A stretch of 64,000 bases of DNA, taken from positions 27,404,001 to 27,468,000 of the forward strand of contig NC_073391.1 in assembly GCF_028641065.1 (NCBI RefSeq), in the 5' to 3' direction. The notes below the pieces were generated by a model. It worked only from the letters and a program-made list of their open reading frames with translations. It made no database searches and was not told the origin of the DNA. The position numbers and the translations under genes are program-made. Origin of the DNA: Leucoraja erinacea. Its lineage: Eukaryota. This document shows positions 24,607 to 37,249 of this stretch, piece by piece. Within the stretch, counting starts at the first letter, position 1; every line of letters begins with the position of its first letter.

Positions 24607-24746
24607 CTAGAGGGACAAAGATCTCTCAGCTCTTTCACTATGATCCCCATTTGATGGCACTGTTCCACAAACTGTTCCATTACCGTGTAAGCCTGCGGCA
24701 CATCTAAATGGATGTCTGGAATTTCTTTGTATACACGCTCAAACCC
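24607..24746 (-). CDS. PDCD4: PDCD4 coding exon 10 (GFERVYKEIPDIHLDVPQAY...LRDLCPSR)
   Basis: ttgcag acceptor, AG|GTGAGT donor, 140 nt. Confidence 0.97.
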
Positions 24747-25146
24747 CTGCAATTTGAGAAACTGATTTTTAGAATTAAACAGCACATTTTTTTTTGAAGC
24801 AGGAGAATCTTTCACCACATCTTGTAATAAAAATGCTATCAGAGAGGTTTCAATATCCATGCATGCCAGCATGGATAATGCTGATCGAAAACAAATTAGA
24901 GTATATTCAACCCAAAACTAATTTCTCCCTCCAGGGAAGCGTTTTCTGTTTCTGTTAACATTGTTCTCTTCTCCCTCACATGCCACTTTGCAATCCCACT
25001 TCTACATCTTATTTAGAGGAGGCAAAGTTAATTTTCTGACATCCAGTCTTCAACCGGTCTGTGAAGCTTAAAAGCACAATAAATAAACTAAACTGAGCTG
25101 GAAGCATCAGCATACACTTGTGTTGCCCAGTAGGTGGCACACTTAC

Positions 25147-25254
25147 TCTGTTCATTTGGTCCACAGTGATGATAGATTCCCACAAGGATTTCAGCATCTT
25201 TAGTATCATTTTAACGGTGGTTTCCCCAGTTGATTCAAGAACCATCACTATAGC
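25147..25254 (-). CDS. PDCD4: PDCD4 coding exon 9 (AIVMVLESTGETTVKMILKMLKSLWESIITVDQMNR)
   Basis: tttag acceptor, AGA|GTAAGT donor, 108 nt. Confidence 0.96.
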
Positions 25255-27873
25255 CTAAACATTAAAAAAAAAGTATTGGTTAAAGAACAAGTTACTTAAA
25301 CATTGCAATATTACCCAATCTAATTCAAAGGCTTTCCGAACCAAAATGCAAAGGAGTAATTAATGTTTTATCCATTCTGTGAAAATATTTAAATGCTACG
25401 AACTTCAGCTCTCAATGACATGGCAATTAGTCCCGAGACTGATTTTTCAGAATTGAAAAATTCAAAATATACGTTTAAACATTTAAAACATTTAGACAGG
25501 TACACGAAAAGGATAGGTTAGAGGGTCATGGACCAAATGCAGGCAGGTGGGACTAGTATAGATGGGACACTTTGGTCAGCGTGGGCATGTTCAGCGGTAG
25601 GGTCTGTTTATTCATTGAGGAGGATGGGAAGCTCAGTCAATTGATAATTATTTTGGATATTAAGGAAGTGAAAGGATTGGAGGTTAACACTGCGAAAGCA
25701 AGGTAGAGGATCAGCCTGTGAAGGAAGGAACTGCAGATGCTGGTTTATATTAAAGATAGATCGTTTTGGTCCTGCCCTAGCCACCCGAAGGAAATTACTA
25801 TCCCTTTGTCTCCTTGCTAACTATAGTATAAGGTGAAGGAATTCAAATTAATTTTCTATAATCTCAAACAGCCATGGATAAATAATAATAAAGATGGTTC
25901 TCATCCATAAACACACGATCAAAAATAAGCCGCAAAATGCTGGAGTAACTCAGCAAGTCAGGCAGCATCCCTGGAGAAAAGGAATGGGTGATGTTTCAGG
26001 TCAGAACCTTTCTTGAGTCTGCTGAAGGTCGTCTGAAAGACTCCGACCCAAAACGTCACCCACTCCTTTGGTCCCGGGGTGCTGCCTGACCCGCTGAGTT
26101 ATTCCAGCATTTTGTGTTTATCTAAAGGATCAGCCTTGATCTCATTAGATGGCTGAGCAGGCACAAGGGTTTGTATTCTACTTACATTCTTAAAAACTGC
26201 TTACATTCTTAACAACTAAATACATACAGGCATCCTCAAAACACATTCTCACTGATGGCCCCAGATAATTGGGATTGATACGCATTTTGATTATGAATTA
26301 AGAAATCTACACCTCACCATCCATTCACAGCTTACAATAAGGCATGCAACTTAGTGCTTGGGAATAGCAACTGATTGAAAACTTGGGTAATAACAATTGC
26401 ATTATTCAGTGGCAGATAACCAGAACTATCTCTGGGACAATGGGTGCTCTGTTGCCACGGACACGTGTATTGAAGACATCACCATCCAAAGTCGGAAACT
26501 GGTTGAAGGTAGATGGTGGCCCGAGGGGAGTTAAGCTGTCCCCGTTTCCCTGCTTTCAATTTCAACTTGATATGTTGATATCTTCAATCAATTCTAGCCT
26601 CAAACAAAATGAATTACTTTTAAATCATCCAAATCTATGTAAAACAAACCATTGCCGTAGTTTTTGATTATCGATATTGAACTTTTAACAATCCATTTTC
26701 TTGATAGTATTATCACGATGCTTGGAATTCAACAAATGATTGCTGCTGGTATAAAATCAGCCAATGGAAAGGTAAATTAATCTAATAATAATTGTGGATG
26801 TAATTTGGTTAGAACATGTGATCAAACCTTCGAGATAGCAAACAGTAGAGTTGACAGCCCAGACATCAGCCCTGCAGAGTTACAGCTTGCAGCTAGAGTT
26901 CACATATGAAATCTGCAGAAGTGTGAAATCTGCAGAACTGTATCAACTGCAATGGGCTTTGAATAATCACCATTTGCTTGATTGAAAGATACAGCAAGGA
27001 AACAGGCCCTTCAGCTCACTGTCCATACCAGCCATTTATCACACTAGGTCTATGTTATACCACTTTGGCATTCACTCCTTATAAATTGGGGTCAATTGAA
27101 CTACAAACCTGCACATCTTTGGGATGTGGAAGGAAACGGGAGAACCCAGAGGAAACGCTGCAGTCACAGGGAGCACGTGAAACTCCAGACAGCACCCAAG
27201 GACAAGATCGAGCCCAGGTCTCTGTATTGTGAGGCAGCAGCTCTACTGATTGCACCACTGCTTGATTAAGTGTTGTTCAACCATTTTAATTACCAAAGCC
27301 ATTTATGTATTCATTGTCTTTATCCATCAACTGTTTTTAATCAGATGCATAATGGCCGTCGTCGCTAAATAGCATATTATCAAACTTCTAAAAACTTTTA
27401 GAATCAAAATGCTTTTAATATGGTCCCTCATTTGTTTCCTTGTAGTGTATCTTCAAACCAGCATATATCCTCATACAAAAATCTTATTATAATTATCTTT
27501 CTTAATTGTTTCCTCCTTGTTGCATTATGCTGTTCGAATACATAGTAAATATGCCTTTCCTTGCACTCAATTTCTCCTGCAACTTAACTCATCCATAGTG
27601 TGTTTTTAATGGGGTTATTTTTTTAAATGGATGTTTTTTCCTCCAAGGCTCAGTTAAATATTTCCTGCTGCTCTTCCAGATCATAGTTTACCAGTACTGT
27701 TGTCCATTTTATTATGCCCCAGTACTACTTTCATCTTCTAAAAAATAGCCTTTTGCTATTACTCTATAGACTTTGACATGCCGATGTTCATCTCAACTCT
27801 ATTGTACTCTATTGTATTGTGAACACTATTGCCATATTTGCCTAATGTGAAGAAGACTTCATCCATTGGGTAC

Positions 27874-27981
27874 CTTGTACACAAGCTCGTGGTGAAAGTG
27901 TGGCACTTCAAGTTCCCGCAGACAACGTTCAGCTTCTCCTACATCTCCAGACACTTGGTATTCCTTCAGCAACATGTCAAT
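27874..27981 (-). CDS. PDCD4: PDCD4 coding exon 8 ([36 protein letters not shown]), MA3 domain 2
   Basis: ccag acceptor, AAG|GTACCC donor, 108 nt, [11 protein letters not shown] motif. Confidence 0.97.
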
Positions 27982-28095
27982 CTGGCAAAGGAATTATGTA
28001 AATGATGCAAGGGGTGTATATAGTTACTATAAAACACACTACTGCAACAAATAGAGTTGAATAATCTGTCTAATCAGCTCTCAAATCAGCAGTCT

Positions 28096-28227
28096 TAAGT
28101 AGATATTTGATGCATGTAAACTTTGGTTAGCCGTTTCCTGCATCAGTCTTTAGCTGGCTTCAATACAACATAAAGACTGATACAGGAAACAGCTAACCAA
28201 AGTTTACTTGCATCTAAAGTCTACTTA
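28096..28227. repeat. 132-bp foldback hairpin in a PDCD4 intron
   Basis: 57-bp inverted arms (28096-28152 / 28171-28227), 18-nt loop. Confidence 0.85.
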
Positions 28228-28434
28228 TGTTGAGAAGTATAGGCATTGAAATCACATTTTACAGTGGATTTCCTCAATCCATAGTCAACAGAACAGAACT
28301 AACAATCCAAAAACATTACCAACTTATATTGTGCGTTTAATGTAGTAAGGCATCCAAGGTGCTCATCAAGTTACCAAACAAGAATCAAAACTAAAAATGC
28401 TGGGGAAAATGACAAAGAGTTATTGGCAGAGTAA

Positions 28435-28754
28435 TAGCCCTGTCCCATGGTACGCGTTCATTCCAAGAGTTCTCCCGAGTTTGCCCCGATTCGAACTCGG
28501 AGATTTACGGTAATGGCCACTCGTCGGTACTCGGGGCTCTCGTGGACATTTTTCATCATGTTGAAAAATCTTCACGAGTCTTCCCGTGCTTACCTGCCGT
28601 TAGCGAGTCTTCCCGAGTACCTGCCGTTAGCACTAAGAGACGTCCCGAGCTCCGACGTACCCACTACGTTCATTCTCCGTGCTTACCGGGAGTTTGATAA
28701 ATTTTTAAACTCGGGAGAGCTCTTGGAATGAACTCGTACCGTGGGACAGGGGTT
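28435..28754. mobile_element. PIF/Harbinger MITE with ~55-bp TIRs
   Basis: CCCTGTCCCAYGGTACG..TTCATTCCAAGAG..CTCCCGAGTTT and its inverse at the other end. Confidence 0.8.
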
Positions 28755-29147
28755 TTAGACTTTAAGGCACAGACTTAAAGTAGGAAAGCAAAGATTCAGG
28801 TAGACAAGGTTAGTTAGGGAATCACAGTGATTGACAGATTGAACGTGGTGATTTTCAAAAGACCAGGTGGGGAGGAGCACTGCCACGGCAATAATAAATG
28901 GTTTGTCATTAAATGGCATGAAGCCAGGCAGGACCAACAAAAAGGAATCAAATCTAATGGCAAAAATGAAAGTTGCAAACATGAAAATGCTTTAATTTTG
29001 GGTTTAAATTCAAATTCCACATCGATCTCAGTAGAAATCACACAAATTTCCTCTTAGTATTCCCATTTTCTCACACATAAATGGATTAGTAGATTACTTG
29101 GCCACTGTAAATTTCCCTTTATTGTAGGTGGGATGGGATGCTGGGTG

Positions 29148-30186
29148 TAGCAATGTTACAAAATTTTGAGATTTAAAAAATCAAGTCTGCAATTTATCCC
29201 ATCAGATAAAGCATAACAATAAGTTTAATTTGACACCTAATTCACTTTCATATCTCAAGTAATAAAAAAGTTATGGCCATTTTCATACTCGGAAATTAGC
29301 ATCTTGTTCCCTATTGATTTTCTATGGACATAACAAAAAAGCTGTGATCGTGGACAGTCAAAAGCCCATAACCTTCTTAAAAATTAAGAGAACTGAATGA
29401 AATTTTCAGTTATCATAGATTGAAGCATTCTGAAACAAATATAAAATAATCTTACTTGGATGACCTGAAATTAAAGCATATAATTAGTTAGTTACCCAAT
29501 TGTAGCTAATTTCAAACTTCAATTACTAGATCTAAACATCTATCCATTTCTTAATAAATGATTAACATTTTTAAATAGCCCAAGTGTCCAAATAATATTC
29601 ACAAATAATTCACAATAAAACATGATTTTTAAATCTCATTTGCATCAATTTATAGGCCAAATGGAAGGAATTTAGTGTTCAATTGCTGTAAATTAAAGTC
29701 CATTTAAATCGGCTTTCTAGTGGGTTCCTGTGAACGCACTGGTTTAGAACGTTCACATTGCGCTGGATTTGTGCCCTCAAATGCCCAGAAAAATACTGCG
29801 GGATATAAAGAGCCCAAAATGAGCTACTCGCTATAGAAAACATTATATGCAGGGTTATATACAAGCCCCATTTAATGTAAAAATAAGGTACATACCTTTA
29901 ATTGTTTGCTTTATAAAACCCTGGGGCTGCGAGAGGTTGCGAGTTGAGAGAGTGATTTTTAAACTACTATAAATATTATACAAGGCCATAAAAACTAATA
30001 ATACCTTTTGCGACGGGGTCTTTCAGCGATTTTCCGTTAATGATTTACTAGGCTGAACATTTTCGATTGGAACAGCCTAGTAAAAATCGCGTTAGAAACG
30101 AGCCCCCTCTAAACAGCGCCAAAATCGCGCACACGGGGTAGGGCAGATGCTCAGCCACGATTCAGGTAGGTTTTGTAACATACCTA
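29148..30186. mobile_element. Second hATw-like element, inverted relative to 16455-17490
   Basis: Ends TAGCAATGTTACAA...TTGTAACATACCTA; TSD CTGGGTG (29141-29147 / 30187-30193); long internal similarity to the first copy. Confidence 0.85.
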
Positions 30187-30583
30187 CTGGGTGTGTAGGT
30201 TGCAGGGAAAATTAGTGGGGAAATGAGATTGCTCTGAGCTGTAACAGACTCATCGCTTCTTTCTAGGGCAGAAGAAATATGGAAAAAATATGTACAGAAC
30301 TTTTACGTAGTTGAGTCAGACAACTTTCCTTTTGATCATCAAATCCACTTTATACTTTTACAATATTTAGCTTCAAGACTGTAGTCAATGTCTTAAATGG
30401 CACAGAATGTCCTTTCTCTTTAAATCTTAAGAGGAACATTGACGAAGTACAACAATTGATTTACCGCAATCTATTTTAGACTGTGAAAATCTAATGCCAG
30501 TTTTGTACGTACAATTACACAAGCAATCATGCTTTCATTTGCATTACACTGCAGAACCTCTACAAAATAACTTTCCAATGTAC

Positions 30584-30698
30584 CTCTTGGACAAGCTGTT
30601 CAACGGGCCTTTGTCCACCTCCCGTTCCCCATACATTGTCCAAACGCAGACCACCCCTCTTCATACTGAGCAGCACGGTTGCTCTACCTAAAGCAGCT
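30584..30698 (-). CDS. PDCD4: PDCD4 coding exon 7 (AALGRATVLLSMKRGGLRLDNVWGTGGGQRPVEQLVQE)
   Basis: catag acceptor, GAG|GTACAT donor, 115 nt, VWGxGGG motif. Confidence 0.96.
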
Positions 30699-30917
30699 CT
30701 ATGGAAATGGGAAACAAAATGGTGTTAACCTCAATTAACGTTGGCCTCAATTAAAATAGATGACATTTAAAATCATCCAAATCTGAACAAGTGAAACTGT
30801 TATCAATGTTTTTCATTATAGATATTGAAAGTCAACTATTCATTTTCTTAATGCTATATGCATCTCTGTATCTAATAATGGACTAAGCGCACAATATGCG
30901 TGTCCTATAATACCTAC

Positions 30918-31015
30918 CTGGCATTCTCGCAGTCCACCTTTCCTTTATAGCTTTCAATATAGGTTTTTGACAGGATTTCATCTGCCACAGCCCTTGCGAT
31001 GAACTGACCTACCAG
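30918..31015 (-). CDS. PDCD4: PDCD4 coding exon 6 (LVGQFIARAVADEILSKTYIESYKGKVDCENAR)
   Basis: ttccag acceptor, AG|GTAGGT donor, 98 nt, GQFIARAV motif. Confidence 0.97.
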
Positions 31016-32029
31016 CTGGAAAAACAAACAAAACCACATTACTCATTCTATCATGCCTTTTCATTAAACTGGAAGACACAAATACTAGTTTTAAAAAGGT
31101 GTTTTTTGCTGCTTTCACTACAATGGAAAGAATAAGTACAGCAACAACAAAATTCAGAAAGTTCCTATGCTGTACCTTGCGTTAAAATCAGACCAACCTA
31201 AAGATAAACTTTTGAATGACGACTTTTTTTTGTATTAAATTGAAAAAGTAGAGATAAAATTGTATCACAAAACCTATTTGATATCACAAACCTTCATCCA
31301 TCACAAAGTCCTTGATTAATTTCAATTGATTGTCTTTTGTGATGGTAACATTAAATGCAGGAATATTGAGAAATAGTCTTGCTTGTACCTGTGTCTTCTT
31401 TAACACCAAAAATATTTATAAATTAAAGAAAAATGAAACTGAGCCAAGAAGAAACTAATACAGATTGTAACGGTCAGTTTACAAGAATGGGGTGTGGTGC
31501 AGTTTAGGAAGGGAAATCCAAAGTTAGCCACTTTATTACACCTCCCCTTCCTACCATCCAATACAATGCAGATAAATTCTTCTGCAAAAAATATCATAGA
31601 ATCAAAGTAACTACTCCTGAATTTCTGTCATCATCTTCATCACATATGGAAACTACAGAATTGCGAGAGCTTTTAATTCACTCTTGCTTGGCCTCCGACC
31701 ATGTTTACCCAATCTGGCTTGAATTTAAGCCTGCAACAATACTCTGATCAGGTTAAATTTCATTAGTCTCTCTGCTTCAGGAACAGACAACCCTATAGAC
31801 TTGTAGGATAGTACAAGTAGTTCTGCTATAACACACATCTCCATTATATATAACATAACTGATGGATATGGGAACACTATATCTATTGCTGAATTGGTTA
31901 AAATGTGATTTCCACAAAGAACTAGAGAACCACTTTACTTTGGAAATTGATAAGCAGGGGAAAAAAAGCTGTTGTGCAAAAAACAGTCTGGGGGTAACAA
32001 CTGTTTCCATGTAACTTCCCCACAGTAGT

Positions 32030-32895
32030 CATAGATAGCGTGATACATTGTGGAAACAGGCCCTTCGGCCCAACTTGCCCCATACCGGCCAACAATTTCC
32101 CACTTACACTAGTCCCACATGCCTGCGCTTGGTCCATATCTCTCCAAACCTGTCCTATCCATGTACCTGTCTAACTGTTTCTTAAACGATGAGTTAGTCC
32201 CAGCCTCAACTACCTCCTCTGGCAGCTTGTTCCATACACTCATCACCCTTTGTGTGAAAAATTTACCCTTCAGATTCCTATTAAATTTGTTCCCCTTCAC
32301 CTTGAACTTATGTCCTCTGGTACTCGATTCCCCTACTATGGGCAAAAGACTGTGCATCTACCCAAACTATTCCTCTCATGATTTTGTATACCTCTACAAG
32401 ATCTCTCATCCACCTGTGCTCCATGGAATAGAGACCCTGCCTACTCAATCTCTCCCTATAGCTCACACCCTCTAATCCTGGCAACATCCTTGTAAATCTT
32501 TTCTGAACAGTTTCAAGCTTGACAATATCTTTCCTATAACATGGTGACCAGAACTGAACACAATGCTCTGAATGTGGTCTCACCAACATCTTATACAACT
32601 GCAACATGATCTCCCAACTTCTATACTCAATACTCACATGATTATAGCCAAAGTGCCAAAAGCCTTTTTCACCAGCTTATCTACCTGCAACTCAACCTTC
32701 ACAGAACCATGCACCTGTACTCCTAGATCCCTCTGCTCTACAACACTATCCAGAGGCCTACCATTTACTGTGTAGGTCCTGCCCTTGATCGACATCCCAA
32801 AATGCAACACCTCACACTTCCGTATTAAATTCCATCAACCATCGCTCCGCCCACCTGGCCAATCGATCCAGATCCTACTGCAATCGTTCACAACC
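32030..32895 (-). mobile_element. CR1 LINE 3' fragment
   Basis: ORFs 32308..32637 and 32109..32357 (LYKMLVRPH, FFTQRV..WNKLP). Confidence 0.9.
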
Positions 32896-33336
32896 ATATG
32901 AGCCTTACCCGTCAGGCCCCTTGCATTAAAATAACAGAACATCACAGTCTCTTCAGAAGATGGTCTGTCAGTTATTGACATTGACAAGCAATTACTTCTA
33001 AACACACTTGTGTGATGCTACTCTACTAAGTAATAATTTTAGTATTTTTAGCTTACAATAACAAAAGTAAAGTTCTAGCTATTAAGGAGACCTTTATTTT
33101 TGAACAATCCTGCGGGGAAAAAAAGTTATATACTGGTGCAACTATAAATATTCTGCAACTTATAGTGGAGGAATATTGTTTCAAAGAAGTTAGGAGCTTT
33201 AATTTGTTTTGTTCCCATCTAATGTTGACATGCCTCATGCTGGTGTCACGTACTTGCAAAGGAAAACATTCCATTCTCAATAATAAATGTAACACAAGAT
33301 GCACAAACAAGTTTATGTGGTAGTTCATGCACTAAC

Positions 33337-33558
33337 ATGTGGTGCTCCAGGAGTGTCCAAGGCTAGTTCTGGCAACTCCTTCAGCAGCATATCAAACGAT
33401 TTTTCCACATCATTTGTAGTGAGCACTTTCCCACACAAGTCAGACAGAAGTCTGGAGGTAAGCTCTCGGTGGCTGGCCTTCCCCTCTAAAGCCAACGATA
33501 CCGCTAACACTGGCACTGTACATTTCATTTCTCCAAGATTCAAGTTCTTCAGCAGTTC
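33337..33558 (-). CDS. PDCD4: PDCD4 coding exon 5 (ELLKNLNLGEMK...ALEGKASHRELTSRLLSDLCG...LALDTPGAPH)
   Basis: catag acceptor, GTTAGT donor, 222 nt; overlaps ORF 33325..33543. Confidence 0.97.
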
Positions 33559-34410
33559 CTATGCAAAGAAAAAGCAGTGCATTTTTTATTGGAAAACCAA
33601 CTTGAGACAAAGCAAACTTTACATTATTGCAAAAGTGAACAAATAAATAATTTGGAGTAGTTTGGTAACAAAAATATCATAATATCTCAGTTGGGTGTCA
33701 GTCTCATGCCATTAGGGACAGTAGAGTTATTTTTTGCAGAACACCAGAGTTCTTCGGTCATTTAGCGTTATGATGCTATGCTCAGGAAGCTAATGATTGT
33801 TCTATATTCCTGACTCAACCAGAGCTAATGGAGAACTCTGGAAGAACCAGACTCAAAAATAGTTTTTTTCTTCATTTCTATAAATGAAACATTACTATGT
33901 ACTAATTAATTATTTTATATGCTCACACTGACCTGCTGTAAATTTCAAATTCACTGGTTGAAAATTACTGAGGGGCTGAGCATATCTAACTATTGCATTT
34001 TATATTGTCTTTGATTTGTTGATACAATCGTGGAACTTACATATAGGAGTGTTTTCATACAAAAGTTGAAATCAAGCTACACTAGGAGATATTAGGCAGA
34101 TGACATAGTCAAAAGAGGCTGTGTTAAGGAGCATACTAAGTATTTTTAGTAGCAGAAGTTCAGAAGGAATTAGAAATCCCAGGGTAGAAATAGCTGAGGA
34201 ATCTTGGCTAACAGCAGAAAAAACAAAAATTCTCAATTTACAAGAGGTCAAAGTTAGAGAATGTAAAACATTGAGTGATGTAATAAAGATAGAGGAAATT
34301 GCAGGAAATAGAGGGGAGAATTTTATGGAGGGATACGAACGCCAGGCTGACAATTTTGAATCCAAGGGTTTGCCGAGCTTTAGAATACATGCAAGTTGAC
34401 AAGAACTTGT

Positions 34411-34570
34411 TGGTGAAACCAAAATGTATAAAAATGGCCTTTATTAAAATCTGCCAATGTGCACTTTAACCACATGTGATCTTTTTTCTATTAGTAATCT
34501 CAAACTGTGGAGTGCAGAGGCAAATAAATAAATGATGGGTCTTTTCCCCCAAACATTATGGAGGGCACTG
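34411..34570. mobile_element. Solo Tc1 TIR fragment
   Basis: Near-identical to 37090-37249; ends GGGCACTG|TA. Confidence 0.85.
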
Positions 34571-35373
34571 TAACTGAGAAATATCTATGATACATCAAAT
34601 AAGTACAGTAAAGGTAAAAGCGATTGAAATAGTGAAATTCAAATGATAATTGACCTTAATATTCTGTTGAGTTCCCGCATCTCCTAATTAATGGAATGGT
34701 TGAAGTTTAATACCATAATGTTGGTCTGTACTATAGAATAATGCAAAGGGTTATGAGTCGCAAGAAATTGTACGTTTTTTATTTTCAAAGCGGCCAATTT
34801 GAGAAAACCATCAACTTTGAACAATTGAAAAGATATTAATCTCCCAGGTGATGCAACAGATGTGCACCATAAATGTCAAATAATCTAATCTTCTGTAAAA
34901 AATCCGTAGCTACCGAAGACTGCTATTGATTGGAAGCGTGGGTTGGGGTAGTGCTTATATGCTATATCTCTGAGACCAATGCCTTCAGTTCGTGAATATT
35001 GATATTTTTCAGATTTTCAAAACCATCCATGAATTAATTATTTAACATGTTCTATGAATGAATTTTACTTATTTAGAATATCAATTTAAAAAATGGTAAG
35101 ACATAAACAAGCCAATATTATCAATTTAAACACTGCACACTTTTTTCAGTTTTTATAAATATGGACTGAAATAAATGTTTTATATCTGGAAGTATATGTT
35201 TATAAATTAAGCAGAACGTCAATCTCCTGTGCTCCCACCCTAAATAATTACCACACTATTTTTTTTTTGTTTAAAGGATCAAATATATTAATCCATTATT
35301 AATCACCTTAAAAAAAACCCACAAAGAATCTTAACAGTCACATACTTTAAATTAAATAAGTTTTAATACATAC

Positions 35374-35487
35374 CATAACCTCATTAGTGTCACCATGTTC
35401 AAAGTATTCTTGTACAATTGGAGTCACCGTTTTCTGAAAAACGCCTTCATCTAAAGGCAGAACCACCGTTTCATATACACAGTTCTC
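35374..35487 (-). CDS. PDCD4: PDCD4 coding exon 4 (ENCVYETVVLPLDEGVFQKTVTPIVQEYFEHGDTNEVM), start of MA3 domain 1
   Basis: cag acceptor, ATG|GTATGT donor, 114 nt, translated by hand. Confidence 0.97.
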
Positions 35488-35865
35488 CTGTTGGGATGCA
35501 CAAAAACATTAAGATCTTATTTTGCTGTTATATTTTAAACTAAAACAAGTTTACTGAAGCAAAATGTTTTTATGCACAGCGTTGATGGTAGAGGGGACTC
35601 AGTGACCCGTTTATTAATGAAATAACATTAGTCAAAGAACAAAACAGATTGTTTTTAATTGGTGACTTTTTGAATGCTTGGATTGTCCTGATTTCTTGAA
35701 GGCAGTGATTTGTAGAAATCGTTTCCTCAAAAATGTATCATAAATGTCAAATGATTATCTGACATTTATGGTGCAAAAATGTATATGATGGTATGCAAGC
35801 CGTGATTTAAATCAATCCAACCATAGACTCAATCCTGGTTTGTACTGGGATTGGGATTGGGTCTT

Positions 35866-37249
35866 CCCCCCCCCCTAAAATTTCAGGGCACCATAATGTC
35901 TGGGATAAAACAATGTCATGTAAATGAAACTAGTCATGCCTAATATTTTATTGCATATCCTTTGCATGCTATGGATTGCTTGAAGTCTGCAATTCAAGGA
36001 CATCACCAGTTGTTGGGTGTATTCTCTGGTGATGCTCTGCCAGGCCTGTATTGCAGCCATCTTTAGCTTATGCTTGTTTTGGGGGCTAGTCCCCTTCAGT
36101 TTTCTCTTCAGCATATAAAAGACGTGCTCAATAGGGCTCAGATCAGGCGATTGATTTGGCCACTCAAGAATTGACCATTTTTTAGGTTTGAAAAACTCCT
36201 TTGTTGCTTTAGCAGTATGTTTGGGATCATTGTCTTGCTGTAGAATGAACCGTCGGACAATGAGTTTTGAGGCATTTGTTTGAACCCGAGCAGATAGGAT
36301 GCGTCTATACACTTCAGAAATCATTATGCTACTACCATCAGCAGTTGTATCATCAATGAAGATAAGTGAGCCAATGCCTTCAGCAGCTATACATGCCCAG
36401 GCCATAACATCCCACCACCGTGTTTCACAGATGAGGTGGTATGCTTTGGTTCTTGGGCAGTTCCTTTTCTCCTCCATACTTTGCTCTTGCCCTCACTCTG
36501 ATATAAGTTCATCTTTATCTCATCTGTCCACAAGGCCTTTTTCCAGAACTGTGGTTGCTCCTTTAAGTACTTCTTGGCAAACTGTAACCTGCCCATCCTA
36601 TTTTTGCAGTTAATCAGTGGTTTGCATCTTGCCGAGTTGCCTCTGAATTCCCGTTCATGAAGTCTTCTGCGGACAGTGGTCATTGACAAATCCACAACTG
36701 ACTCCTGGAGAGTCTTTCTGATCTTTCGGACAGGCGTTTGGGGATTTTTCTTTATTATATAGAGAATATAGAGAATTCTTCTGTTGATTTTGGCCGATGT
36801 CTCAAACTCTTTTATTCATGTTTCTCAGTCTCATAATGGCTTCTGTGACTTTCATTGGCACAACTTTGGTCCTCATGTTAATAAATAGCAATAAAAGTTT
36901 CCAAAGGTGATGGAAAGACTGGAGGAAAGACTAGATGCTGAGAGCTCTCTTAAACCTGCATAAAGGAGGCAATTAAACACACCTGAGCATTTACAAACAC
37001 CTGTGAAGCTATATGTTGCAAACATTATGGTGCCCTGAAATGGGGAGGGGGGGGACGGCCTATGTATAAACATAACTGTAATTTCTACATGGTGAAACCA
37101 AAATGTATAAAAATGGCCTTCATTGAAATTTGATAATGTGCACTTTATTCCACATGTGATTTTTTTTCTATTACAGATCTCAAATTGTGGAGTACAGAGG
37201 CAAATAAATAAATGATGTGTCTTTGTCTCAAACATTATGGTGGGCACTG
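35866..37249 (-). mobile_element. Tc1-like DD34E transposon of the same family, outer left TIR missing
   Basis: ORFs 36387..36695 (WTDE) and 35875..36477 (QQDNDPKH...SPDLSPIE, D34E spacing); right end CACTG|TA at 37249. Confidence 0.93.

Noticed and set aside
34411-35866. Inversion explaining the solo Tc1 TIR and the missing left TIR
   Set aside because: The interval holds PDCD4 exon 4 in the correct orientation, so a simple inversion is implausible.
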